Part shown: positions 40,311-49,014 of the stretch, piece by piece
Numbering within the stretch: the stretch's first letter is position 1
Layout: the number at the start of each line of letters is the position of its first letter
Source: Candidatus Bathyarchaeota archaeon
GTDB taxonomy: Archaea; Thermoproteota; Bathyarchaeia; Bathyarchaeales; Bathycorpusculaceae
Assembly (NCBI GenBank): GCA_963832745.1
Contig: CAWHVC010000005.1
Coordinates: 512,001-576,000, forward strand
Reading direction: 5' to 3'
Length of the DNA: 64,000 nucleotides
Made by a program: the position numbers and the translations under genes
The notes under the pieces: model-generated
Told to the model about the DNA's origin: nothing
The model's database searches: none
Seen by the model: only the letters and a program-made list of their open reading frames with translations

Positions 40311-41426
40311 TTGACAAAAAATCTGACGTTTCTAATTATTTTGGTTTTAATGATGGCATCTTTTGCTTTTTGCTCTGAACCTGCAGTCTCTTCTGAAGTC
40401 TCTCCTAAAAATTGTTGGAGTATTAAGACACCAATGCCCGAGGTAATAGGTGGAGTTAGGGCTACAGTTGTAAACGATGAGATACATGTTATTGGAGGCT
40501 CAATTCACTACGTGTATAATCCAACAAAAAACGATTGGACTGCCAAAGAGCCCATGCCTACTGGTAGACAATATTTTGGAATTGCGGTATATCAAAACAA
40601 AATATACACCATAGGGGGCGGCACATGGAATTCTAACACAGGATGGACCACAAGCAACATAACCGAAGTTTATGATCCCTTAACAAACAGTTGGGAGAAC
40701 GCGACAGCAATGCCTACCAGTAGAATGTCGCTATTAGCAAGCGAAGTTGACGGAAAAATCTATCTGATAGGCGGCAGAACAGGAGGACCATCCTCGATTG
40801 TTGCCTTAAACGAAGTTTACAACATAGCAAACGATTCATGGACAACTCAGAAATCAATTCAATACCCAGTCGATAGCTATGCATCCGCTGTTGTTGACGG
40901 CAAAATATACGTTATAGGTGGGTTTGAGGGGTTTTATCACGGTGCTCCAGTAGGTTACACTCAAATTTATGACCCTATGACAAATAGTTGGAGCCTCGGG
41001 GCGTCACTTCCAGAAATCGTGCGAAATGCCGCGGCAGGAGCTACAACGGGCATACTCGCACCCAAGAGAATATATGTCATAGGAGGCGGACCAGATATGG
41101 GTGCTACCAACTTCACTCAAGTTTATAATCCTGAAAATAACTCTTGGACTTTGGGTAGTCAAATGCCGACTGCACGCATTTCACTTACCGTCACAGTCAT
41201 CAACGATTTACTATACGCGATTGGAGGCACAACTTACGTCACGATGCCTTTTCTTACTACAAATGAACAATACACACCTTTTGAATATAGAACTCCAGAA
41301 ATGTCTGCAAACGGAACAACTCCCGATTTTGCAGGTTCTTCAGATGTACTGATCGTGGCTGTTTCAATCACAATAATACTTGTTGTAATTGGGCTAATGA
41401 TTTACTTCAAAAAACGCAAACGCTAA
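40311..41426 (+). CDS. Kelch-repeat beta-propeller surface protein with C-terminal TM-YFKKRKR
   Basis: Signal peptide, six Kelch units (IYxIGG...YDP...W...MP), TM followed by a basic tail. Confidence 0.92.
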   Translation: MTKNLTFLIILVLMMASFAFCSEPAVSSEVSPKNCWSIKTPMPEVIGGVRATVVNDEIHVIGGSIHYVYNPTKNDWTAKEPMPTGRQYFGIAVYQNKIYTIGGGTWNSNTGWTTSNITEVYDPLTNSWENATAMPTSRMSLLASEVDGKIYLIGGRTGGPSSIVALNEVYNIANDSWTTQKSIQYPVDSYASAVVDGKIYVIGGFEGFYHGAPVGYTQIYDPMTNSWSLGASLPEIVRNAAAGATTGILAPKRIYVIGGGPDMGATNFTQVYNPENNSWTLGSQMPTARISLTVTVINDLLYAIGGTTYVTMPFLTTNEQYTPFEYRTPEMSANGTTPDFAGSSDVLIVAVSITIILVVIGLMIYFKKRKR

Positions 41427-41449
41427 ATTAACAATTCAACTTTTTACCA
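41398..41449 (+). repeat. Downstream cassette element, copy 2
   Basis: tgatttacttcaaaaaacgcaaacgctaaattaacaattcaactttttacca. Confidence 0.9.
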
Positions 41450-41556
41450 TATTTTTATATGGTTACAAGATATACAATAAAAAACCATTAAACAAAAACA
41501 AAATAACTATAATTGAATTTTAAAAAAACAGTATTTTGAAAAAGAAAAAAGGAAAA

Positions 41557-44031
41557 TTAAGGTATTACACGCACTGCATCTACCATCAGATTAACGCTAT
41601 ATCCTGTGTCTCTATAACCTGCTACAGCAATGTATTTGAAGTCTGAAGGAGCTTGCCCAATATCAATCCATCCAGGTGTAGACGAAGAGACAAATTGACT
41701 ATACACAAGTTGCCAATCATTGTTATTGTTTTGAGATACGTAAACGTAAAGATGGCTGTCGTATCCACTTACCGAATAGCCGTAAAGATAGATATGCCCT
41801 CGCGAAAACCCGCCTCCAGAACCTAAACTACCAGTCATCATCGACACAACCATGCCACCGTCACCATAGTTTCCTCCGTAAAGCTGGGTATATGCTCCAT
41901 CAGGCGCATTACCTAATATATTCGTTGGATTATTGACTGCCCCACTTCCATACGCTATACTTTGAACATGGATGTAAGGATAGTACTGTCTTAGGTATAT
42001 GTTTGAATTACCGTAGACTTTCAGTGTACAAGGATAGTCACCAGGTGGATTCCCAAAATCATCTCCAGGGTAGTATGAATAAACTCCGCTTAGGAGATCT
42101 GTTTCATCAAAAGGCACACCGAACAAGACTAAAGAAGCCTGGTTTAATGAATCTCGAACTGAGTAGCCGCCCTGAATTAATGCATACCAATAGAACTTTT
42201 CGATAAAGTTGTATCCTGGAACAGTTGTAGTGTTGTAAATAGCCCATGTTAGTGTAGGAGACATATTATGAAAACCGATGAAACAGTCAGGACTCGCGTC
42301 GGGGGAAGTGTATCCATTAGGTACTAGATCGTTATGATGACTCCAGGAACGCGCCAATGCATTAACATCTGGTTGATATTGGCTATTATCAGCACTATTG
42401 CATACCCACATACACGCAAAAAAGTGTTTGTCAGGATAATTATTTGTGTAACTATAGACATACGGATAAGTCACTACTGAATCATCAGAACAATAGTAAT
42501 TACCAGCACCTGCCATATGCCCGAAATGGAATACTGCCACACGATTATAGGCTATTTGATCGTTCTGTATGTTTGTATACACTATGGTATTGGTTTCTGT
42601 GCCGCAGTATCTTCCTGTGTCATATCCCACTGAACTAAAGTAGGACTGAATAGTGCTCGTTAAAGTTTGCATAGCGTTTTTCTCCTGATCTAGTTGGCCC
42701 CAGTAAGAAGAGTAAACTTCAGCTTTGCTGTTTGGATATGCATAAACTGCCTGAACTGTTGTAGTTAGAAGGCTCGACATGATAATACCTGAAAGAAGAA
42801 AAGCCTTCCAGGGCTTTAGGCTTGAACGTCTGTAGCACACCATACATATGGAAAAAGTAACTGCAATACCCACGGCTAATATAGATAATAAAGCGTTTGG
42901 TAACAAACCTGATACTGACATGTTATTTGTTGTGCTTTCTGTATTGCCTTCACTCCAGATCATTGGATTGATTGAACTAACCTGCCCATTATCGGCCCAA
43001 ACCCTAACGACAGCACCAGTGACACCTCCTGCATATACCTTATCAAAACCTAATGGCACATACCAAGAAGGATACAACGTGAAGGTATCGTTGCCTCTAG
43101 CATTAGGGTTAAACTCGTTAAGGTAGCTTAATGTTAAATCATTAACTATTTTTGCCTTAAAACCTGATACAGTCACTGACACGTTATTTTCATCAGAAAC
43201 ATCGTATGCATAGTCGTCAATGGCAGAGAGAGCGATTCTTTTAGCTTCTTCTTCAGACACAGTCATTGCGCCAGATATTTTGTATAGATCCCAGTTATCT
43301 TGAAAACATTGTAAATATCCTTGGCTATAGCTTAAAACTACGTTTTTAGATTGAGCAATAACGCCATTGTCGTCAACATAAGTCCAGATAAAGTTGGTAC
43401 TTGCCTGATCAATAACACTTATTTTGAGGTTAATATTGCCTTCAGTCTTCGAAACATTTTCATCTAATTTCACGTCATCCAATATTGAAAGCAAAGTACC
43501 ATAAAAGCCACTTTTTGTTAAATCCTGATAATTCCGTAGAAAGTTTTTAGTCCTATTGACTTCTGAAAATTCTTGATCCAGCAATGAGGAACCTGTCCAA
43601 TCGCTTATGTAGATTTGATGGAGTTTACTGTCGATAAATGAGCAGGCAATGCGCATACTTCCCTGCGGAGATGACAGACAGTATTCTATTTGGTTTTGGG
43701 AAAGCCCAAAGTAATCATTGGTTTTTTCTTCATTCAATCTTATTGTGTATGAAGAAAGATTCAAGAGCGCTACATTGTTTAAAATGGCGACAGCGTTAAG
43801 TTGATCAGTAGAGTTTGGTATGTACACTTTTGAAGCATCATTTAACACGAAAAGCAATGGATCATTGAAATTTAACTCTGGTTCTACTGGGGAACTTGTT
43901 TGCTCTAAGTAGGTAGTTGTTGGTTGCCCTGCAACGGTTATGGCCAATAACAGGATGCACAATGTAACGGTTAATAAAGCAAAAGGAATTTTTCTATATT
44001 TTACTAATTCTTGTTTGCTGTTTCTTTTCAT
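41557..44031 (-). CDS. Large membrane/surface protein: signal peptide, PepSY-like domain, two TMs, putative caspase/gingipain-fold (clan CD) protease domain, beta-rich C-terminus
   Basis: 'VSEEEAKRIAL...LYPSWYV...VWADNGQV'; 'VAVFHFGHMAG' and 'FACMWVCNSA' His/Cys dyad-like motifs; 'FIGF...FIEKFY...GYSVRDSLNQA'. Confidence 0.7.
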   Translation of the reverse strand: MKRNSKQELVKYRKIPFALLTVTLCILLLAITVAGQPTTTYLEQTSSPVEPELNFNDPLLFVLNDASKVYIPNSTDQLNAVAILNNVALLNLSSYTIRLNEEKTNDYFGLSQNQIEYCLSSPQGSMRIACSFIDSKLHQIYISDWTGSSLLDQEFSEVNRTKNFLRNYQDLTKSGFYGTLLSILDDVKLDENVSKTEGNINLKISVIDQASTNFIWTYVDDNGVIAQSKNVVLSYSQGYLQCFQDNWDLYKISGAMTVSEEEAKRIALSAIDDYAYDVSDENNVSVTVSGFKAKIVNDLTLSYLNEFNPNARGNDTFTLYPSWYVPLGFDKVYAGGVTGAVVRVWADNGQVSSINPMIWSEGNTESTTNNMSVSGLLPNALLSILAVGIAVTFSICMVCYRRSSLKPWKAFLLSGIIMSSLLTTTVQAVYAYPNSKAEVYSSYWGQLDQEKNAMQTLTSTIQSYFSSVGYDTGRYCGTETNTIVYTNIQNDQIAYNRVAVFHFGHMAGAGNYYCSDDSVVTYPYVYSYTNNYPDKHFFACMWVCNSADNSQYQPDVNALARSWSHHNDLVPNGYTSPDASPDCFIGFHNMSPTLTWAIYNTTTVPGYNFIEKFYWYALIQGGYSVRDSLNQASLVLFGVPFDETDLLSGVYSYYPGDDFGNPPGDYPCTLKVYGNSNIYLRQYYPYIHVQSIAYGSGAVNNPTNILGNAPDGAYTQLYGGNYGDGGMVVSMMTGSLGSGGGFSRGHIYLYGYSVSGYDSHLYVYVSQNNNNDWQLVYSQFVSSSTPGWIDIGQAPSDFKYIAVAGYRDTGYSVNLMVDAVRVIP

Positions 44032-44482
44032 CTTTACCCTCTTGGAGCTAATTAACTTGCAGGTCTTGCAAGAAGCAATTTAGATGATTAATGTTTAAAT
44101 TTGGTGTTTAGCAAGTGTTCACTTCTTGGAAGACATGATTTAACTCCAAACAAGCACTATTGAATGGCTTAACATTTAGAGTCTTATGACATGTTTCTTA
44201 ACAAACAAAATAGAAAAAAAATTAATTTTTACATAATTTAGCTAGAAATACATAAACATAACTAAAATATGCAGAAAAACCTATGAATCTATATATAATA
44301 ACTTTTTTCTTAAGCATAAATGAACCATATTTTTAACATTTAAAAAAAACGGTTGGATTTGACTTTATTTAAAAATTTTTTCCGCCAAGCCAAATTTGTT
44401 TAAAGACACGTTTAGTGCTGTTTTAGTTGTTGGAGTAAAAACGAAAAAACGATCTTGTTAGTTCTGTTACTTAAAAAGTAAC

Positions 44483-44565
44483 CAACCTATTAGTACTCAA
44501 ATAGTGGTTCTATGCAGAAACCTATAGGAGGTAGGTCCATATTGCGTAGAATCAACTCATTAACA
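44483..44565 (+). repeat. Dispersed ~95 bp repeat family A, copy 3
   Basis: caacctattagtactcaaatagtggttctatgcagaaacctataggaggtaggtcc...cattaaca. Confidence 0.85.
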
Positions 44566-44892
44566 GGCGGTTTTCATCGCTTTATGTAATGAGAGGATCA
44601 AAATTAAGACAGCATGTGCACGCTAAACATGGAACGCCGCCTTTTAACCAAAAAGCATGCTCCACACACCCGCCCGTGCCACCATCAAAAGACGCATCTG
44701 CTTGCAGAAAACGCCACAACCAGCACACAAACCAGAAAGCAAACCAAACAAAAAACGCGTTGTTTTGCATTAAGTGTTGGTTGTTGTTGTGTATAGCGGA
44801 TTTGTGGCAACAACTTCTAAAAAGAAGTGCTGGTGAGGCTAAAAACTGATAAGCTTCAAACGCTAAAGAGTACGGTAAACGGGGAAACGTTT

Positions 44893-45528
44893 GTGTCTTT
44901 AGATCAGGAAAAGATGAAGTCGATTATTGCTTTTAAGAAGCGTTTAGAAGACCGTCTTGAAGCGTTAAATGTTGAAACCAAAGAGGTACAAGCGGCACTG
45001 GACATGGTTAACACGATGCTGCTTGAAAAAGGCTTCAAACGTGGAGACCTAAAAGAGGCGTCGCCACCGAATCTGCCAAAAGAAGTAGTCCTGCCAAAAC
45101 AGGAGCCAACATATGAAAGCCCAATCGACACAAAACTCGCCCCAGCCCCCGCGGCCACGCTAACACCCCAAGACAGGGAAAACGTGTTTCCATTAAAAAC
45201 AATGAATGATGAACCATTAGCGTTAATCTGCTTCGAAAAAGAAGCCATGCATGTGCTGCCTGATGAAAGTAAGCATTTCAGCGCCAACACGCCGCCATTC
45301 CAAAACTTTTTAGTGGAAAAAGTACTTGCTAAAATGAAAGAAAAAGACATTGAACTTGTACGCAATCATCAGTTGGAAGCAAACAAAGCGTTCACTTACG
45401 ACGTTGTAAAAGAAGAAGATTTAATCAAGGAAATAGTAGTACACAATGTCGACGATGAACGCCTAAAAGAACTAAAATCAAGCATCCGCTGGACACTAGA
45501 GAAAATGTACGAAAAAATGAAAAGTTAA
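44893..45528 (+). CDS. Hypothetical protein (N-terminal coiled coil, Pro-rich linker)
   Basis: 'NTPPFQNFLVEKVL', 'LKELKSSIRWTL'; start uncertain (GTG 44893). Confidence 0.75.
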   Translation: MSLDQEKMKSIIAFKKRLEDRLEALNVETKEVQAALDMVNTMLLEKGFKRGDLKEASPPNLPKEVVLPKQEPTYESPIDTKLAPAPAATLTPQDRENVFPLKTMNDEPLALICFEKEAMHVLPDESKHFSANTPPFQNFLVEKVLAKMKEKDIELVRNHQLEANKAFTYDVVKEEDLIKEIVVHNVDDERLKELKSSIRWTLEKMYEKMKS

Positions 45529-45541
45529 AGAAAAGCATGCT

Positions 45542-45865
45542 TTACTGTGAATGCTTGTCAATAATGGTTGTTATATTCTTTTTAGCGCATAATCCTACAA
45601 GCCGTTCAGCTTCTTGACCATTTTTGAACATGATCATGGTTGGGATACTGAAAACTTGGAATTTTTCGGCTGTACTGGGATTTTCGTCAACGTCAAGTTT
45701 GCCGATTAAAGCTTTTCCAGCGTATTCTTGTGCTAATTCTTCTATTGTCGGTGCTAATGCACGGCATGGACCACACCAGGTTGCCCAGAAATCAATGAAA
45801 ACAAGTTTGTTGTTTTTTATTGTTTCTTCAAAATTTGCGTCTGTAACATGAAATGGTTGGCTCAA
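45542..45865 (-). CDS. trxA: Thioredoxin
   Basis: WCGPC active site, 'SIPT'. Confidence 0.96.
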   Translation of the reverse strand: MSQPFHVTDANFEETIKNNKLVFIDFWATWCGPCRALAPTIEELAQEYAGKALIGKLDVDENPSTAEKFQVFSIPTMIMFKNGQEAERLVGLCAKKNITTIIDKHSQ

Positions 45866-46063
45866 TTCATAACACTCCTAATAATCCTGCTTAGAATTCT
45901 CTTTTTGGATAATATAAAGTGTTCGTGCAAACGCTAAACTGCTATAGCTTGAAAACTGCTGAATTATGCTATGTTATTTGTAATATTCGGGTTTTTGGAA
46001 TAATCAAGTTATATGCAAATTTCCTTTGGTACCAGTAAGAAAGAAAGGAGAAGGAAAAAAACA

Positions 46064-46294
46064 GTGCAGACACAAGTAGCTTCACTGTTATTGATTGTTT
46101 CAAGTGTAGCATTAGCAAGCGTCGTAATTGGTTTTGCAGTTGCAATCACAGAGCAAACATTAAGCCTTAATGACAACCCGCAAGTTGACCGAATTAAAAA
46201 CATACAAGATACAATGCTTAACGAAACAAACACTTGGATGGAAAGCATGCAAAATCAATTATTAAATCAAACAGTGCCAACAAACCAACCATAA
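46064..46294 (+). CDS. Small single-TM protein, archaeal pilin-like N-terminus
   Basis: 'VASLLLIVSSVALASVVIGFA' hydrophobic helix; start GTG 46064 preferred. Confidence 0.5.
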   Translation: MQTQVASLLLIVSSVALASVVIGFAVAITEQTLSLNDNPQVDRIKNIQDTMLNETNTWMESMQNQLLNQTVPTNQP

Positions 46295-46395
46295 CCAAAA
46301 ACTCCCTTTTTCTAAACCATATTCTGTTACTGCTTATTTGCAATCACAAAAGCTTAAGAAAAAACATAAATCTACACCTTTGAGGTGTCTACAAT

Positions 46396-46629
46396 TTGAG
46401 TGAACCAGATTTTCCTTATCCTAAAAAACCAAGACCAGAAGAAACAGCAAGAATGACGCCAGAAATGGAATATCCACCAGCTCCATCCCCACCTCCACCC
46501 CCGCCGTCATTAGTTACTGAAAACGTCAGCAAGTTTACCTGCCAGATATGTGGCAAAACATTTACAACTAAAGAAGAATTAACCTTGCATACTGAAACGG
46601 AGCATCAAAGCCCAAAAAAGAAGGCCTAA
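46396..46629 (+). CDS. Pro-rich protein with a C2H2 zinc finger
   Basis: FTCQICGKTFTTKEELTLHTETEH fits F-x-C-x2-C-x3-F-x5-L-x2-H-x4-H. Confidence 0.82.
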   Translation: MSEPDFPYPKKPRPEETARMTPEMEYPPAPSPPPPPPSLVTENVSKFTCQICGKTFTTKEELTLHTETEHQSPKKKA

Positions 46630-46638
46630 AAAGCCTCC

Positions 46639-47940
46639 TCAAGAGGGCTGGATTTCTATGCTTCCTCTAAGCAGTTGAACATCTGCCACTTGACCAGTGT
46701 CAGCATATATTCCAACTGCAACCACGTTTATGCCGCCAGCATAAATCTGGTCAAGACTTAACTCGACGTACCAGTAAGGATATAGATTTACCGAGTTTCC
46801 TCGTGTATGAGGAACAAGTTGCACTGATAGAGGGGGATTTAAGGTTTTAAACCCTGAGACTTGTTGACCTTCAATAGTCCAAGTTAAAGTCTTTACATAG
46901 TTTTCAGCTATGTCTACTGCTTCATCTTGTGTTACAGAAATTTCGCTATTGCCCTTTTGGAATAAGTAGTAGCTGTCTGTCATTGTAATCAGAATGTTAT
47001 TTTGGAAAGTCATCTGTAAGCCTTTTGTTTGATAATCTATGCCGTTTTCAGTGTACATCCAAAGCAACTCCGAATAAGCACCAGAAGTATAAATTCGAAG
47101 TTTCATGTTTCCATCAGTTACAGTCATACTTTGAGTTGAATTAACTTTACCCAACAGGTTAAGCATGTCTGTTAAGTACGCATCGCCAGAATACAACCTG
47201 TACCTTGACAAGATACCGTGAGCGTTAAGGATAAGATTGTTAGGTTCATTTTGTGTAAAAATTGGAGAACTTTCAATCATAGTAAGCTCATACCTAGAAA
47301 AATGTCCGTTTCTAAAACGAAAGATAACATTCAAATTACTACTACTACTCGTAAGCGAATATTGCGTATCTTCCTCAGACAATCCTCCGAAATCAGTTCG
47401 CCAATTCAAAGTGTTACTAAGCAAAGTAACCGTATAGTTCCGCGTATCAATATGGGTAACGTTACTCAAAAAATACGCAATTTTATCGGTGCCCATTCCC
47501 CAGGACAATAACTGCTGGTTTTCTGCAGAAAGAGCCTGCTGCGAACCTAACAGTTGACTGTTTTGAGTATATTGGATAGCAGAAAAACTGGCTAATAGAA
47601 TAATCGCTATCAGCATCATCCCGAAAACGGCGCGTTCTTTCAAAGCCGTCAAGCGACGTTTTGGTTCTGCACTATGAACATCTTCCACACCTTTCATTGC
47701 GCTGACACTTGCCAAGCCAAAAGCAGACAATTTGTATTGCCCATTGTCCATTTTAGAAATTAATTCACCGAGACTTTCAAGATGATAAGTCAGGTTCGGT
47801 GTGGAGATACCGAGCTCTTCTACGAGCTCCATAAAAGTCATAGGTTTAGAGCCAAGCATACGGAGAATCTTGCGCCTTATAGGATGCTTAAGAGAGCTAA
47901 ACATCGTTGAGTATATTTCGTCTTCAGGAGTACTTGCCAT
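46639..47940 (-). CDS. Membrane-tethered regulator: ArsR-type wHTH, TM, extracellular PepSY-like domain
   Basis: 'SSLKHPIRRKILRML...NLTYHLESL...YKLS', one TM, C-terminal 'VTQDEAVDIA...LYPYWYV...IYADTGQV'. Confidence 0.82.
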   Translation of the reverse strand: MASTPEDEIYSTMFSSLKHPIRRKILRMLGSKPMTFMELVEELGISTPNLTYHLESLGELISKMDNGQYKLSAFGLASVSAMKGVEDVHSAEPKRRLTALKERAVFGMMLIAIILLASFSAIQYTQNSQLLGSQQALSAENQQLLSWGMGTDKIAYFLSNVTHIDTRNYTVTLLSNTLNWRTDFGGLSEEDTQYSLTSSSSNLNVIFRFRNGHFSRYELTMIESSPIFTQNEPNNLILNAHGILSRYRLYSGDAYLTDMLNLLGKVNSTQSMTVTDGNMKLRIYTSGAYSELLWMYTENGIDYQTKGLQMTFQNNILITMTDSYYLFQKGNSEISVTQDEAVDIAENYVKTLTWTIEGQQVSGFKTLNPPLSVQLVPHTRGNSVNLYPYWYVELSLDQIYAGGINVVAVGIYADTGQVADVQLLRGSIEIQPS

Positions 47941-48184
47941 CCTTTACCCCAGTATCAAGTGACAAGTATAACCTATAAATTTTCATTAAAAAGAGACGGA
48001 AAAGCTGTAAAAGCAACCAACTTAGTATGGGAAAAAACTAAAAAAATTAAATGCTTTAAGGTTTATGTGTATACATAACTATGTAAACAAAGGCACCAAA
48101 AAGTAAACTTAAGGGTTTACTGATTACAAGAAAAGAATGCCCTCAAAAATTGTTTAAAGACGTTCCCACTAAGAATATTGAACT

Positions 48185-48243
48185 TTAAAGTCCTTCCAAG
48201 CGACGTTTCATCGCCTAGTGTCAGCCGTTATTCGCGGACTGAA
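48185..48243 (-). other. GC-rich structured element directly after the nusA stop
   Basis: Transcript: UCAGUCCG..CGGCUGA hairpin, CUAGGCGAUG-AAA-CGUCGCUUGG hairpin, and alternative AGUCC/GGACU pairing. Confidence 0.45.
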
Positions 48244-48244
48244 C

Positions 48245-48682
48245 TTAGGTGATGCTGACGTTTTGAATATCGAAATATCGTTTTGCCAAAAAGCGCAAAC
48301 GTTCGGCGTTCTTGCCGTTTTTGCCTATCGCGACGCCCTTGTCTTTGGGGTTTACGGTGATGACTGCCATTTTTTTGCCGTCGGTGCGTTCGGTGACGCG
48401 GATTTCGCGTACTGTTGCAGGTTTAAGGGCGTTCTTCATGAATTGAACTGGGTCTTCACTGTACTCGATTATTTCGTGTTTTTTCCCAGTCATTCGTTCA
48501 AGTGTGTGGATGTTTCTTCCACCTTTGCCTATGGCTACGCCCACTTGACCTTGGTTCACGATGAAAATGGCTCGTTCTTGCTCTTCATCAATTATGCAGT
48601 CTTTCACGCTTGCGCCGCTTATGCTTTCGAACAACGCGATATAACGCATTTCGTCGCATGTGATTTTTATGCCGGTTGTCAT
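48245..48682 (-). CDS. nusA: Archaeal NusA (two KH domains)
   Basis: Two 'GVAIGKxG' KH loops; position after rpl30e. Confidence 0.95.
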   Translation of the reverse strand: MTTGIKITCDEMRYIALFESISGASVKDCIIDEEQERAIFIVNQGQVGVAIGKGGRNIHTLERMTGKKHEIIEYSEDPVQFMKNALKPATVREIRVTERTDGKKMAVITVNPKDKGVAIGKNGKNAERLRFLAKRYFDIQNVSIT

Positions 48683-49014
48683 TGCTCTCCTCCAATTGTT
48701 TCTTCAATCTCGGATGTTTCGATTACTTTGAGAATGTCTGAGTCTCCAGATTCCCTGATGCTTAACGCGGAAATAATGAATAGTCTGCCTGCGACTTCAG
48801 CTAAATCCATTGAATTGCCTTTGTAGGTTATCACGGGGACTTTTGAGATTTTACCATAGTATTCTATATTGTCTTTTATGTCTTTTGGACAGTTAGAGGC
48901 TAAAATAATCATTTTAGCCTTGCCGGTTTTAGCGTTTTGCAATGCCGAGTTGGCTCCGAAAGAAACTTTGCCAGTTTTGACGGCTGACGCAATCGCCTTA
49001 TCTATATTTATCAT
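48679..49014 (-). CDS. rpl30e: 50S ribosomal protein eL30
   Basis: 'AVKTGKVSFG', 'ASNCP', 'GDSDIL'. Confidence 0.96.
   Translation of the reverse strand: MINIDKAIASAVKTGKVSFGANSALQNAKTGKAKMIILASNCPKDIKDNIEYYGKISKVPVITYKGNSMDLAEVAGRLFIISALSIRESGDSDILKVIETSEIEETIGGEQ

Noticed and set aside
39211-41449. Classical integron
   Set aside because: No intI gene and no RYYYAAC...GTTRRRY attC boundaries; kept only as integron-like
44582-44849. Three short overlapping ORFs
   Set aside because: Products of a low-complexity CA-rich tract
48185-48243. Hammerhead ribozyme (CUGA...GAAAC)
   Set aside because: Core reads CUGACAC instead of CUGANGA and the GAAA sits in a hairpin loop
48218-48826. 202 aa plus-strand ORF
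   Set aside because: Shadow of nusA and rpl30e on the opposite strand
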